DNA of 64,000 nt from an uncultured Gemmatimonadales bacterium (GCA_963823035.1 CAWGKG010000023.1:1-64000); one strand, 5' to 3'. Counted from the first letter of the stretch, positions 1-11,104 are shown. Program-made: numbers and translations. Notes: generated from the sequence alone by a model not told the origin.

Positions 1-98
1 CGGACGGGCAGGTCGCCACGTTCCGATCGATCGCGCAGGGATACGTCCTGTGAACCCGGGAACGCAGGGGGCCTCGGGCCTCGCCCCGGCGGCGAAGG

Positions 99-1535
99 TT
101 AGCGGATCTTCTCCCCGGGAACGTCCCGCCCGTTCTGGTGGAGGATCATGCGGACCACCTTCCCGCCGTCGTTCTTCACGAAGGTGATCTGCGCGTCGAC
201 CACGTCGGCGAAGAAGTCCTGCTCCGTGTAGGGACGGATCCGGATCTTCCCCTGCCCGGTGGCCTGCGTCCAGAGCGTGTTCCCCTCCAGCGTGACCTCG
301 AGGTGGAACTGCGGAGCCAGTTCGTACGTGCCGACGTACGCGGCCAGCGTCGACGCGGGAAGCTCGATCGCCGTGTACTCTTTGCGCGGCGCCGGCGGGG
401 GCGCGAGCGGAATCCCCGGCCGAAGAAGGTGCATGCCGATGTCGTCGGCGCCCTCTCCCGCGCTGTTCGTGAGCACCACAACGCCCACGCCCCGCGCGCG
501 GACGATGCCCGCGAACGTCCGGTAGCCCCCGGTGCCTCCGTTGTGCCAGACGATCGTGTCGGAACCGGCGTGCACGCTGATCCAGTTCAGGCCGATACGG
601 GTGTCGCCACCGCCGGCCGAGGCACGTTCCTGCTGCGCGAAGGCCATCGCCTCCTGCAGCGGGCCGCGCTCGGGGTGCAGGTTGGCGTCCAGGAACTTCA
701 GCATGTCGACGGCCGTGGAACGGATCCCGCCCGCGCCCGCGAGCACACCCACGTCCCAGTTGGACACCACGTCGCCCTGGCTGCCGTGACCCAGGGCGAG
801 ATGCTCCCGCATCCACGGGGTCAGCGTGATCGCGGTGTGCGTCATGCCGAGGGGCTCGAGAACCCGCGCGCGCACCATGGCCTCGTAGCTCGTGCCGGCA
901 CGCAGCGCGAGCACGTGCCCCAGCAGGCCGACGCCCAGGTTGGAGTACTCGAACTGCGCGCCCGGGTCGCGCGTGAGCTCGTAGCCCGACAGGAAGTCGT
1001 AGAGCCGGTCGACCGTGTAGTCGGCGTAGGGGTTGCTCGGATCGGCCGGTTCGAAGTTGGACGGCATGCGCGGCAGCCCCGAGTTCTGCTCGGAGAGCGA
1101 GCGGAGCGTGATGGCCTTGCCGCCGTGTGCGGGCACGTGCACGCGATCGGGGAGGTACTTCTGCACCGGGTCGTCGAGGGAGAGCTCGCCGGCACGAACC
1201 ATCTCCGCCAGCACCGTGGCCGTGAACACCTTCGTGATCGACCCGATCTCGAAGACCGAGCTGCCGTCCAGCGGAGGCTGGCCCGGGCCCGGGTCCCCCC
1301 ACGCGACGATGCGGGTGCTTCCGTCCGCGTCGAGCATCCCGACGACGATCCCGGCGCTCCGGCCCTCGCTCACGCGCTCCTTCAGGAGAGCGAGGACGGT
1401 GGAGTCGGCGGGGAAGGCGCCCTTTTCCGACGTCGAGGCCTGAGCAGCGGCCCGCACCGGCGAGAGCGCGGGAGCCACGAGGGCGCAGAGGGCGAGGAGG
1501 AGGCTGCGAGCCGCGCGGAGGTAGAGTCGGGTCAT
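99..1535 (-). CDS. Secreted serine hydrolase, beta-lactamase/AmpC-like family, with C-terminal DUF3471-like domain
   Basis: SxxK (FEIGSITK), YSN and HNGGTGG motifs; N-terminal signal peptide; C-terminal YVGTYEL...LHQNG module. Confidence 0.9.
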   Translation of the reverse strand: MTRLYLRAARSLLLALCALVAPALSPVRAAAQASTSEKGAFPADSTVLALLKERVSEGRSAGIVVGMLDADGSTRIVAWGDPGPGQPPLDGSSVFEIGSITKVFTATVLAEMVRAGELSLDDPVQKYLPDRVHVPAHGGKAITLRSLSEQNSGLPRMPSNFEPADPSNPYADYTVDRLYDFLSGYELTRDPGAQFEYSNLGVGLLGHVLALRAGTSYEAMVRARVLEPLGMTHTAITLTPWMREHLALGHGSQGDVVSNWDVGVLAGAGGIRSTAVDMLKFLDANLHPERGPLQEAMAFAQQERASAGGGDTRIGLNWISVHAGSDTIVWHNGGTGGYRTFAGIVRARGVGVVVLTNSAGEGADDIGMHLLRPGIPLAPPPAPRKEYTAIELPASTLAAYVGTYELAPQFHLEVTLEGNTLWTQATGQGKIRIRPYTEQDFFADVVDAQITFVKNDGGKVVRMILHQNGRDVPGEKIR

Positions 1536-1542
1536 CGTATCC

Positions 1543-2769
1543 CTACCGCACCATCTCGACCGGAACGCCGTCCGCCGTCGCGTCCTCGATCGCGGCCAGC
1601 GCTTGCTCGAGGTCGGCGATCAGATCGTCGGCGTCTTCGATCCCCACCGCGTACCGCACCAGCCCGTCGGTGAAGCCGGCCTCCTCACGCGCGGCCCGGG
1701 ACATCCCCGCGTGCGTCATCGAGGCCGGATGCTCGATGAGCGTCTCGACGCCGCCGAGCGAAACGGCCAGCGTAGCGAGCTTCACGTGGTCCATGAGGGT
1801 GCGACCCGCTTCGTAGCCGCCCTCGAGCTCGAACGCGATCATCGAGCCGAATCCGCTCATCTGACGGCGGGCAAGCTCGTGTTGCGGGTGCGAGGGAAGA
1901 CCGATGTAGCGCACCTCGACGACCTTCGGGTGCGCCTCGAGCCAAGCCGCGATCTTCGCCGCGTTCGCCTGAGCGCGCTCGATGCGCACACCCAGCGTCT
2001 TGAGGCCGCGCAGGACGAGATAGGCCTGGTGCGGGTCCATGTTGCATCCGAGGTCGATCATCACGCGCCGCAGCTTCGCGAGGATTCCCTTCTCCTTCGC
2101 CACCAGGATGCCGCCGACCACGTCCGCGTGGCCGTTGATGAACTTGGTGACGGAGTGCAGCACCACGTCGGCGCCCAGGTCGAGCGGCCGTTGCAGGAAG
2201 GGGCTCGCGAAGGTGTTGTCCACCACCAGGAGCGCGTCGGCGGCGTGGGCGAGCTCCGCGGCGCCCGCGATGTCGGTCACCTGCATGGCCGGGTTCGACG
2301 GGGACTCCACGTACACCAGGTGCGTCTCAGGGCGGATGGCCCCCGCGAGCGCCTCCAGCGAAGAGGTGTTCACGAAGGTGGCGTCCGTCCCGAAGCGCGC
2401 GAAGTGCTTCTCCAGGAGGCCGCGGCTCGGTCCGTACACCGACGCCGTGCTCACCACGTGGGCGCCCTGCTCGAGCAGCGCCATGTAGACCGTGCTCACG
2501 GCGCCCATGCCGGAGCTCGTCGCCACGCCACCGCAGCCGTTCTCGAGGTTCGCGACGCTGTCCTCGAGCACCCGGATCGTCGGGTTGCCGAGCCGCGTAT
2601 AGATGTAGCCCTCCTCCTCTCCGGCGAAGAGAGCCGCCCCGTGCGCCGCGTCGCGAAAGGCGAAGGTCGACGACTGGTAGATCGGCACGTTCACCGCCCC
2701 CGTACGCTCGTCGGGGTGGTAGGCGCCATGGACCAGCCTGCTGTTGATGCCGAGCTCTCCGGGCTTCAT
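1543..2769 (-). CDS. Cys/Met metabolism PLP enzyme, methionine gamma-lyase-like
   Basis: GYIYTRLGNPT, DNTFASP, HSVTKFINGH (PLP Lys), AVSLGGVETLIEHPASMTH; start reset to ATG 2769 after AGGAG RBS. Confidence 0.88.
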   Translation of the reverse strand: MKPGELGINSRLVHGAYHPDERTGAVNVPIYQSSTFAFRDAAHGAALFAGEEEGYIYTRLGNPTIRVLEDSVANLENGCGGVATSSGMGAVSTVYMALLEQGAHVVSTASVYGPSRGLLEKHFARFGTDATFVNTSSLEALAGAIRPETHLVYVESPSNPAMQVTDIAGAAELAHAADALLVVDNTFASPFLQRPLDLGADVVLHSVTKFINGHADVVGGILVAKEKGILAKLRRVMIDLGCNMDPHQAYLVLRGLKTLGVRIERAQANAAKIAAWLEAHPKVVEVRYIGLPSHPQHELARRQMSGFGSMIAFELEGGYEAGRTLMDHVKLATLAVSLGGVETLIEHPASMTHAGMSRAAREEAGFTDGLVRYAVGIEDADDLIADLEQALAAIEDATADGVPVEMVR

Positions 2770-2926
2770 CGATTCGCTCCTGTGGGATCCGGATTCACGC
2801 ACGAGGAGGGCGCGCCGCGGCCCGGCGGGAGGCGGGCGGCCGCGGTCGATCGGAGGGTACCTTCCGTCCTGGAAGATACCGAGGGAGGGAGGGCACGTGG
2901 AGGGCCGGGTGCTTGCGTCCACCCCG

Positions 2927-3961
2927 CTACAGCCAGCGGAAGATCCGCAGCGCGAGCCCGAACGACACCACCCCCCAAGCCACGCAGATGCCGACGGGCG
3001 CGGCCACGGACGCGAGCGACGCCCCCTCCAGCATGAGCCGCCGGAGCGCGTCGTTGAGCGCCGTGAGGGGGAGCGCGCGAATGAACGGCTGCATCGCCGG
3101 GGGGAAGTTCGCCGTCGAGAAGAACACCCCCGAGAGCACCCACATGGGCAGCATGACCAGGTTCATCAGCCCCGACACCGCCTCGACGGTCTGCGCCCGG
3201 CTGGCAGTGAGCAGGCCGAGGCCCGCGAAGCACATCGAGCCGATGAGCACGACCAGGGCGAGGGCCGAGAGGGAGCCGCGCACGGGTACGCCGAACACGA
3301 GCGCGGCGAACCCCAGCAGGATCACCACCTCCGGGCCGAGCATGACGAGCCGAGCGGCGACGAACGAGAGGAGGTACTGGCTCCGGCGCATCGGAGAGGC
3401 CATGAGGCGCTTCATGAGCTTGCGCCGGCGGGCGTCCACGACCGCGTAGCCGAGTCCCCACATCCCGGTGCTCATGAGGTTCAGGCCAAGCAGCCCGGGG
3501 ATGAGGAAGTCGATGTAGCGGGACCCACGCTCCGATACCACCTGGTCGGAGGTGGCCCGCACGTCCGCACGTCCGAGGCCGCGCTGCAGCGCGTCGTCCA
3601 CGGCCAGGCGCGCGAGACGGCTCTCCTGGCGCGTCGGGTCGAAGCGGTACACGACCGGGTCGCCCGGCACCAGGACCACGGCCACCCCGCCCGTGCGCAG
3701 CCGCTCGGCCGCGGCGGCCGGGGAGAGCGTCTCCACCGCTAGCCCGGGCGCATCCGCCAGAGCGGCGGTCAGCGTCTCCGCGCCCGGGCCCGCCTCCACC
3801 GCCACGTGGATCACGTCGGGGGGACGGTTCCGGAACGCCAGTCCGAGCGCAACGGCCAGGAGGAGGGGGAAGCCGAACACCCAGAAGAGCACCTCCGGCT
3901 GGCGCAGCTGCTCCCGGAAGCGCGCCAGCGTGAGCTCGACGACCGGGCGGAGGTACTCCAT
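2927..3961 (-). CDS. ABC-2 type exporter permease
   Basis: FWVFGFPLLL, RYIDFLIPGLLG, LSGVFFS TM segments; ATG overlaps the ATPase stop (TGATG). Confidence 0.9.
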   Translation of the reverse strand: MEYLRPVVELTLARFREQLRQPEVLFWVFGFPLLLAVALGLAFRNRPPDVIHVAVEAGPGAETLTAALADAPGLAVETLSPAAAAERLRTGGVAVVLVPGDPVVYRFDPTRQESRLARLAVDDALQRGLGRADVRATSDQVVSERGSRYIDFLIPGLLGLNLMSTGMWGLGYAVVDARRRKLMKRLMASPMRRSQYLLSFVAARLVMLGPEVVILLGFAALVFGVPVRGSLSALALVVLIGSMCFAGLGLLTASRAQTVEAVSGLMNLVMLPMWVLSGVFFSTANFPPAMQPFIRALPLTALNDALRRLMLEGASLASVAAPVGICVAWGVVSFGLALRIFRWL

Positions 3962-4899
3962 CAGGCGTCCCTCAGGTGCCGACCCGTGAGGCTCAGGAAG
4001 AGGTCCTCGAGCGTGGCGTGGTGGGTGAGCAGCTCGGTCATCGCGGCCCCCCGCCGCTCCAGCTCGGCCATGAGCGCGGGGAGCGCGTGGTGGGGCTCGG
4101 AGACGGTGAGCGTGTAGCGCGGCCCGTCCCGGCGGGCCGACTCCACCCCGCGCAGCGCCGCGAGGGCCTCCTCGGCCAGCGGCGGCGTTCCCTCCACCAG
4201 GCGAAACTCGATCACGTGGTCGGCGCCCAGCGACGCGATGAGCTCCCGCGGCGAGCCCAGCGCGATCATGCGCCCGTGATCCATCACCGCCACCCGGTCG
4301 CACAGGCGCTCCGCTTCCTCCATGTAGTGCGTGGTGAGCACCACGGTGCCGCCCCCACCCTTGAACGCCTCGATCACGCCCCAGAGCTGCCTGCGCGACT
4401 GGGGGTCGAGCCCGGTGGTCGGCTCGTCGAGGAAGAGGATGTCGGGCTCACCCACCAGGGCGCACGCGATCGCGAGGCGCTGGCGCTGGCCGCCCGAGAG
4501 CTTCTCCACCCAGGCGGTTCGCTTCTCGCGCAGCTCGACGACGTCGAGGATCTCCTCGACGTCGTGTCCCGTCCGATAGAAGCTGCGGAAGAGCCGGATG
4601 ACCTCCACCACCTGCAGCCGATCCGCCAGCTTGGTCTCCTGGAGCGCCACCCCCAGGCGCTGGCGGAGCTCACGCTCGTCGCTCCGCCAGCGCAGCCCGA
4701 GGACCTCGATCTCCCCGTCGTCCGGGTCGATCAGCCCCTCGACCATCTCCACGGTGGTCGTCTTCCCCGCCCCGTTGGGCCCCAGGAGCCCGAAGCACTC
4801 ACCGGACCGCACCTCGAGGTCCAGCCCGGCCACGGCGACCACGTCCTTGTAGCGCTTGGCCAGGGCGTGGCAGCGGATCGCGACCGCGTCATCGGTCAT
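3961..4899 (-). CDS. ABC exporter ATP-binding protein
   Basis: Walker A GPNGAGKTT, signature LSGGQ, Walker B LFLDEPTTGLD, H-loop TTHYMEEAE. Confidence 0.95.
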   Translation of the reverse strand: MTDDAVAIRCHALAKRYKDVVAVAGLDLEVRSGECFGLLGPNGAGKTTTVEMVEGLIDPDDGEIEVLGLRWRSDERELRQRLGVALQETKLADRLQVVEVIRLFRSFYRTGHDVEEILDVVELREKRTAWVEKLSGGQRQRLAIACALVGEPDILFLDEPTTGLDPQSRRQLWGVIEAFKGGGGTVVLTTHYMEEAERLCDRVAVMDHGRMIALGSPRELIASLGADHVIEFRLVEGTPPLAEEALAALRGVESARRDGPRYTLTVSEPHHALPALMAELERRGAAMTELLTHHATLEDLFLSLTGRHLRDA

Positions 4900-7800
4900 C
4901 GCGACCCGGGCACATCCAGCGCGTCGCGCGCCCTCGCCTGCAGGGTCCGCCAGCGCTCCATGACCCCCCGCGCCTGTGCGCGTGCCTCGTCACAGGCCGC
5001 CACCTGCCGCGCGGTCGGCGCCACCTCCGCCTCCTGCATGGACATCGCCGCGCCCATCATCGCGTCGCTGGCCCCGTTGAGGGTGGGCGGGCCCGACGGG
5101 GCGCCTCCGCGGAAGAAGAACGAGCGAGGCTGCGGTGCCGGCGCCAGCGCCTCCACCTCGGCCTTCAGCGCCGCGCCCGAGCTGCCCATGGCGTCGAGCC
5201 GCTCCACCAACGCACGCGCCTCGACCCAGGCTGCGTGCGCCGCCACCGCGCCGTCGTACATCTCGCGGGAGAGCGACGCGACCCGCGCCAGGTCGGCCGC
5301 CGGGGTGTTCACGCGCGGATCGAGGCGGAGCGAGAGCGGCTGCGTGAGCTGCCTCCCGCCCACCGTGAGACGCACGACGTACTCGCCGGGCGGCGCCCAC
5401 GGGGCTTCCACGTTGGGATAGGTGTGACCCGGCACCGCTCCGGTGGCGCCGCCGCCGGCCCGTGGCTCGTCGCCGATGGGCTCGAAGTGCAGGTCCCAGC
5501 TGAAGCGGTGCATCCCCCGCCGCGTCGACAGCACCATCTGCGGCGCCGGCCAGTAGAGCGGCACGCGGCAGTTCGGAGCCGTCGGGTCGGCCCGGCAGAT
5601 CGCGTCGTAGCCCTCCGGGTCGAGCGCCGGATCGGGCTCGAGCACCGGGTCGTCGCTCGAGTACGAGCGCACGACCTTCCCGCCCGCGTCGAGCACGTCG
5701 AGCGTCACCGGCCCCGACACGTCGGCGGGAAGCCAGTAGTCGATGAGGCCTCCGGGAGGCGGGTTCTCCCCGTGCGGCAGCTCGGGCGGCCACTCCGTCG
5801 GGTCGTTCATCCCGAAGCGCACGCGCACCGCGGTGGCCGGCTCGAAGAGGTACGCCCCCTGCGCCGCCTGCGCCTCGGTTGCCTGCCGCAGCGGCGTCAG
5901 GTCGTCCAGGATCCAGAAGCCGCGGCCATGCGTGCCGGCCACCAGGTCCGAGCACAGGCAGGTGGTGTCGTCCTTCACCTGGATGTCGCGCACCGACACC
6001 GCCGGCATGTCCAGGCGGAGCGACTGCCAGTGGTCGCCGTCGTCGAAGGACACCCATACCTGCGTCTCCGTCGCGGCGTAGAGAAGCCCTTCCTCGCGCG
6101 GGTCCTCGCGGATGGCGTTGGCCACCGCGCCGGGCGCGATCCCGGTGTTGATCTCCGTCCAGGAGTTGCCGCCGTCGTGCGTGCGCCAGAAGTGCGGGTT
6201 CATGTCGTCGATGCGCATCGTGTTCGCGGCGGCGTAGGCGGTGCCCTCGTCGAAGTGGCCCGCCTCGATGTTGAAGATGCGCGTCCACGGCCGGATCCGG
6301 GCCGGCGTCACGTTCGTCCACGTGCCGCCGCCGTCCGACGTCGTCTGGATGTTGCCGTCGTCCGTGCCCGCCCAGAGGATGCCGCCGTCCAGCGGCGAGG
6401 CGGACAGCGCGGTGATCGTGCCCTGCGCGCTGGGCGTGACGCTCGAGGCGTACTTCCCGGCGCTGGCCGGGACCTTCCACGTCCGGCGCGCCAGGTCCGG
6501 ACTGATGCGCTCCCACGAATGGCCACGATCCGTGGTCTTCCACACGACGTTCGACGTGTAGTAGAGCACGTCCGGATCGACCGGCGACCAGAGGATCGGC
6601 ATCGTGCGCACGTCGCGATTGAAGGGGCCGCCACGCGGGCCCATGTCGGGTCCGACGTTCGTGCTCTGGCCGGTCCGCCGGTTGTAGAGCGAAACGCTCG
6701 TGCGCGCGCTGCCGAAGACCATGTCGGGGTCACGGGGGTCCGGCGCGGCGATGCCGTACTCCTGGATGTTCACCGGATGCCAGTCGTGGAAGGTGATCAT
6801 CCCGTCGTCAGAGCGGCTCTGCACGCACGCGGAGCCGGAGTCCTGCTGGCCGCCGCAGACGCGGTAGGGGAAGTCGTTGTCGGTGGTCACGTGGTACATC
6901 GCGGCGGTGGGCTGCGTGTACCAGTTGCTCCACGACGCCCCGCGGTTGGCCGAGACCACCGCGCCCTGGTCGGAGACCGCGAGGATGATGTCCGGGTCGT
7001 TCGGGTTGATCCAGATCTTCTGGTAGTCGTCCCCGCCGTACGCGCCCCGCACCGCCGACCAGTGCACGCCACCGTCGTCGGTGCGCCACATCACGACCGT
7101 GGCGCTGTAGACCACGTTCTCGTCCTTCGGGTCCACGGTGATGGTGGGGAGGTCGCCGCCGCCGATGCGCGCGAGCGGGCGCGTGTCCACATGCGCCGTG
7201 GCCGCACCCACGGGACCCTCGGGCACGTCCACCGGGGTCCAGTGCTCGCCCGCGTCGGTCGACTTGTAGAAGCCCACGACGCCCGTCGTGCCGCCGTCAC
7301 GGCCCGGCCCGGCGCCCGCCGAGCGCTGCGGGGTGCCCGCCACCATCGCGTAGAGGAGGCGCGGGTTGCTCGGCGCGAGCGCCAGGTTGGCCTCGATCAC
7401 GCTCGGCAGCCCGACCGTGAGCGGCGTCCACGTGGTGCCGCCGTCCATCGACTTGAAGATGCCGTTGCCGGCGCCGCCGAACTCCGAGCTCTCGCGGAAG
7501 CCCTGCTGCTGCTGCCAGAGCGTGGCGTAGACGATGTTCGGGTTCGACGGGTCGATCATGACGTCGTTGCCCGACGTGTACTCGTCGCGGTACAGCACCT
7601 TCTCGAACGTCCGGCCGCCGTCGGTCGAGCGGAAGATCCCGCGCTCCTCGTTGGGGCCGTAGGGGTGGCCGAGCACCGCCACGAAGAGGCGGTTCGGATT
7701 GGTCGGGTCCACCGCGACGTCCGCGATCATCTGGCTGTCGCGCAGGCCCAGATGCGTCCACGTCGCGCCCGCGTCGGTGGACTTGTACATCCCGTCCCCC

Positions 7801-8153
7801 GTGGACAGGTCGGGGCGGATGATCCCCGCGCCGCTGCCCACGTAGATCACGTCGGGGTCCGAGGGAGCCACCGCGATCGCGCCGATCGAGCCGGCCGGCT
7901 GGTCGTCGAAGAGAGGCTCCCACGTCGACCCGTAGTCCGAGGAGCGCCACACGCCCCCGTTGTCGAAGCCGATGTAGAAGACGTTCGGCTGGCTGGGCAC
8001 GCCGTCCAGGGCGCGGGTGCGACCCCCGCGCGTCGGGCCGATCGAGCGCCAGTGCATGTCCGAGTAGAGTTCTGGGGTCTGCGCGTGGGCGGACGGAGCC
8101 GCGGCCGCGAGGACCGTCAGGGTGAGCGCGATGCGAAGCGAATGGGAGCGCAC
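4896..8153 (-). CDS. Secreted BNR/Asp-box repeat (VPS10/sialidase-like) glycosyl hydrolase-like protein
   Basis: WRSIGPTRGGR start and many S/T-x-D-x-G-x-T/S-W Asp boxes; GTG 8153 after CAGGAGG RBS; signal peptide ending AHA-Q. Confidence 0.85.
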   Translation of the reverse strand: MRSHSLRIALTLTVLAAAAPSAHAQTPELYSDMHWRSIGPTRGGRTRALDGVPSQPNVFYIGFDNGGVWRSSDYGSTWEPLFDDQPAGSIGAIAVAPSDPDVIYVGSGAGIIRPDLSTGDGMYKSTDAGATWTHLGLRDSQMIADVAVDPTNPNRLFVAVLGHPYGPNEERGIFRSTDGGRTFEKVLYRDEYTSGNDVMIDPSNPNIVYATLWQQQQGFRESSEFGGAGNGIFKSMDGGTTWTPLTVGLPSVIEANLALAPSNPRLLYAMVAGTPQRSAGAGPGRDGGTTGVVGFYKSTDAGEHWTPVDVPEGPVGAATAHVDTRPLARIGGGDLPTITVDPKDENVVYSATVVMWRTDDGGVHWSAVRGAYGGDDYQKIWINPNDPDIILAVSDQGAVVSANRGASWSNWYTQPTAAMYHVTTDNDFPYRVCGGQQDSGSACVQSRSDDGMITFHDWHPVNIQEYGIAAPDPRDPDMVFGSARTSVSLYNRRTGQSTNVGPDMGPRGGPFNRDVRTMPILWSPVDPDVLYYTSNVVWKTTDRGHSWERISPDLARRTWKVPASAGKYASSVTPSAQGTITALSASPLDGGILWAGTDDGNIQTTSDGGGTWTNVTPARIRPWTRIFNIEAGHFDEGTAYAAANTMRIDDMNPHFWRTHDGGNSWTEINTGIAPGAVANAIREDPREEGLLYAATETQVWVSFDDGDHWQSLRLDMPAVSVRDIQVKDDTTCLCSDLVAGTHGRGFWILDDLTPLRQATEAQAAQGAYLFEPATAVRVRFGMNDPTEWPPELPHGENPPPGGLIDYWLPADVSGPVTLDVLDAGGKVVRSYSSDDPVLEPDPALDPEGYDAICRADPTAPNCRVPLYWPAPQMVLSTRRGMHRFSWDLHFEPIGDEPRAGGGATGAVPGHTYPNVEAPWAPPGEYVVRLTVGGRQLTQPLSLRLDPRVNTPAADLARVASLSREMYDGAVAAHAAWVEARALVERLDAMGSSGAALKAEVEALAPAPQPRSFFFRGGAPSGPPTLNGASDAMMGAAMSMQEAEVAPTARQVAACDEARAQARGVMERWRTLQARARDALDVPGSR

Positions 8154-8380
8154 GGGAACCGCCTCCTGTGGATCCCGGCCCCGTGGGCCGGGGAGAAAGC
8201 CAGAGTCCAGCCACGCAGTTTGGGGCACGCGGGCCGCGAGAGCCAGCGGCGGCGGAGCCCGGAGCGACGCGGGCGGCGAAAACGGGAGCCGGCGGCGGAT
8301 GCGCGACCGGGGGGTGGCGCGAAGGCCCGTGTCTCCCGAACCTGACGCCCGTCCACCCCCACCCCGACCCGGAACCGCGC

Positions 8381-9202
8381 ATGCGAGCACTCGAAGCCAA
8401 GGTCCAGACGTTCCGCGAGCTGCATCGCCCCGGAGACCCCTTCATCATGCCGAACCCGTGGGACGTGGGCTCGGCACGCGTGCTCGCGGGACTGGGCTTC
8501 CGGGCGTTGGCCACCACCAGCTCGGGCTTCGCCTTCACGCTCGGGCGCCACGACTACGGCGTCACCCGGGACGAAGCCTTCGCGCACGCCCGAGCGATCG
8601 CGGAGGTCACGGACGTGCCCGTCTCGGCGGATCTGGAGAACGGGTTCGGAGATACGCCCGAGGCCGTTGCGGACAACTACGCGCTCGTGTGCGGGCTCGG
8701 GCTCGCGGGCGCCTCGATCGAGGACGCGACGGGGGATGCGGCGCAGCCCCTGTACGACTTCGGCCTGGCGGTGGAGCGCGTGGCCGCCGCCGTGGAGGCG
8801 GTCGCGCGGGCGCCGGTGCCCATCGTGCTGACGGCGCGCGCGGAGGCGCTGCTCCACGGGGAGACGGACCTGGACCCGGTGATCGAGCGACTGCGCGCCT
8901 ACGAGGAGGCCGGCGCGGACGTGGTCTACGCGCCCGGCCTTTCCTCCCTCGAAGCCGTACGCACCGTATGCGCGGCCGTCGATGTGCCCGTCAACGTCCT
9001 CCTCGTCCCGTCCCTGCACGACGTTACGCTGGCGGAGCTGGCGGAGGCGGGGGCGGCGCGCGTCAGCCTGGGCGGCACGCTCGCCTGGAGCGTCCTCGCC
9101 GGCATGCTCGACGCGTCGCGCGAGATGCTCTCGGAGGGGCGCTTCGCCTTCACGCGCCGCGCCCTCGACGCGTCACCGGCGCTGAAGGACTTCCTCCGCT
9201 AG
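8381..9202 (+). CDS. Isocitrate lyase/PEP mutase family protein
   Basis: PNPWDVGSA, ALATTSSG, PVSADLENGF, SIED, AYEEAGADVVYAPG. Confidence 0.9.
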   Translation: MRALEAKVQTFRELHRPGDPFIMPNPWDVGSARVLAGLGFRALATTSSGFAFTLGRHDYGVTRDEAFAHARAIAEVTDVPVSADLENGFGDTPEAVADNYALVCGLGLAGASIEDATGDAAQPLYDFGLAVERVAAAVEAVARAPVPIVLTARAEALLHGETDLDPVIERLRAYEEAGADVVYAPGLSSLEAVRTVCAAVDVPVNVLLVPSLHDVTLAELAEAGAARVSLGGTLAWSVLAGMLDASREMLSEGRFAFTRRALDASPALKDFLR

Positions 9203-10964
9203 CGACGCGACCCGGGACCCCAGACCACCCGTCCCGGCTTCGCCCCCGTCGTACGCTCGTCGCGCACGATCTCGACGCCGTTCACGAGGACGTGCTTGAC
9301 GCCGACGGAGATCTGGTGCGGGTCCTCGTACGTGGCCCGGTCGCCGATCGTGTTCGGGTCGAAGACGACGACGTCCGCGTAGAAGCCGGGGCGTAGCACG
9401 CCGCGGTCCATGATGCCGAGGCGGGTCGCCACCGCCGAGGACATCTTGCGGATCGCGTCCTCCAACTCGAGAACGCCTTCCTCACGGACATACCGTCCCA
9501 GGATCTTCGGGTACGTGCCGTACGCCCGTGGATGGGCGAGCTGGCCATGCGCCTTCGCGGTATCCGGGTCCATCCCCCCGGCGTCCGTCCCGATCTTGAT
9601 CCACGGCTGACGGAGCTGGAGCTTCACGTTCTCCTCGCTCATGAGGAAGAACAGCGTGCCCACGCGCGCGCTGTCGCTGGCCACCAGGTCCATGGCCGCG
9701 GTCACCCAATCCGTGCCCATGGTCGCGGCGACCTCGGAGAGGCGCTTCCCCACCCACTTCCTGTTCGCCTCCTTCTGGAAGCCGACCAGGAGCACGCCCT
9801 CCGGTCCCGCCTGCGTGCACAGGTTCTCCCACACGGACGTCTGGTGCTCGACCTCCGCCTTGATCTTCGCGCGCTCCGCGGGGGTCTCCAGCCGCTCCTG
9901 GAGCTTGCCGCCCTCGGACGCGGCCGGAGGGAAGCACGCGCTCAGCCCCGTACCCCCCGCCGTGTACGGGTACATGTTCGCCTGGACGTCCAGGCCCGCG
10001 GCACGCGCGCTGTCGATCTTCGCGATCTCGCGCGCCGCCTTGGGCCAGTTGGCCTTCCCGGCGGCCTTCAGGTGGTAGATCTCGACCGGCACGCCACCCT
10101 TCCCGCCCGATGCGGATCGCCTCGTCCGTCGCCTCGAGCAGGTCGTCCGCCTCCGAGCGCATGTGCGAGATGTAGACGCCGCCGTACGGCGCCATCGCCT
10201 TCGCCTCCTCGACCAACTCCTCCGTGGTGGCGTAGTTGCCGGGCGGGTAGATCAGCGCCGACGCCATGCCCATGGCGCCGTCCTCCATCGCGCGCCGCAC
10301 CACGGAGCGCATGGTGTCGAGCTCGGCGGGCGTGGGCGGACCCATCGCCTCGCGCTTGGCATAGGTGCGCACGGTCGCGGCGCCCACGAACGACCCGACG
10401 TTCGGGGCGATGCCGTGCGCCTGCATCGCCTCGAGCCAGTTGCGGAAGCCGTGCGGCTCGGCGAAGCGGCGCGCCAACTCGGCACGGGTCGCGTCGTCCG
10501 GAAGGTCCTCCGCGAGGTGGGCCGGGTTCACCGGGGCGGGCGTCGAGCCCTCCCCAAGGATCTCCGTGGTGATCCCCTGGGTGACCTTGCTCACGTCCCG
10601 CCCGTCCCCGAGGAGGAAAGAGCCGCCCGACTGCCCCTGGATGTCGATGAAGCCCGGCGCCACCACCATGCCGCGCGCGTCGATGCGCGTCCGGGCGGGG
10701 GCGTCCGCCAGCATGCCCCGAGGAGTCATGGCGGCGATGCGGTCGCCGCGGATGCCCACGTCGCCGTAATGCCAGGCCGCGCCCGTCCCGTCCACGATCC
10801 TCCCGTTCTCGATCACCACGTCGTAGCGCCCACCCGCCGGGGCCGGCCCGCCGGAGGGCGTTCCTCCTCCACCGGCGCAGGCGGCGACGAGGAGCATCGA
10901 TCCGAGGGCGAGGCCGCGCCCGGTCAGGCGGCTGCGGGAACGCGCTGGGGCTCGTGGCGGCCAA
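9199..10964 (-). CDS. N-acyl-D-amino-acid deacylase (D-aminoacylase family amidohydrolase), probable lipoprotein; frameshifted
   Basis: VIENGRIVDGTG, VAPGFID, SHMRSE, then after one extra G near 10097 VEIYHLK...HPRAYGTYP...ADVVVFDP; lipobox-like VAAC; start uncertain (TTG after GGAGG needs a further indel). Confidence 0.85.
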
Positions 10965-11036
10965 GGGGTCCTCCGGTGGCTCGAGGGGCGGTGAGGGCGT
11001 GGCGCACAAGATAGGGCCCTGTCCGCCACCCACGCA

Positions 11037-11072
11037 CGAAGGCCCGGCGCCTGGAGGGGCGCCGGGCCTTCG
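11037..11072 (-). terminator. GC-rich hairpin, probable terminator downstream of the GH127 gene
   Basis: Perfect 15-bp stem CGAAGGCCCGGCGCC/GGCGCCGGGCCTTCG with 6-nt loop; weak U-tract. Confidence 0.7.
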
Positions 11073-11104
11073 GGTGCGAGCCTTCGGGTCGATGGCCCCG
11101 CCGG

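Noticed and set aside
99..1535. True beta-lactamase resistance gene
   Set aside because: Motifs are shared by the broad serine-hydrolase family; the extra C-terminal domain fits peptidase/esterase members
2770..2926. SAM riboswitch upstream of the Met-lyase-like gene
   Set aside because: No SAM-I or SAM-II core motifs recognisable on the minus strand
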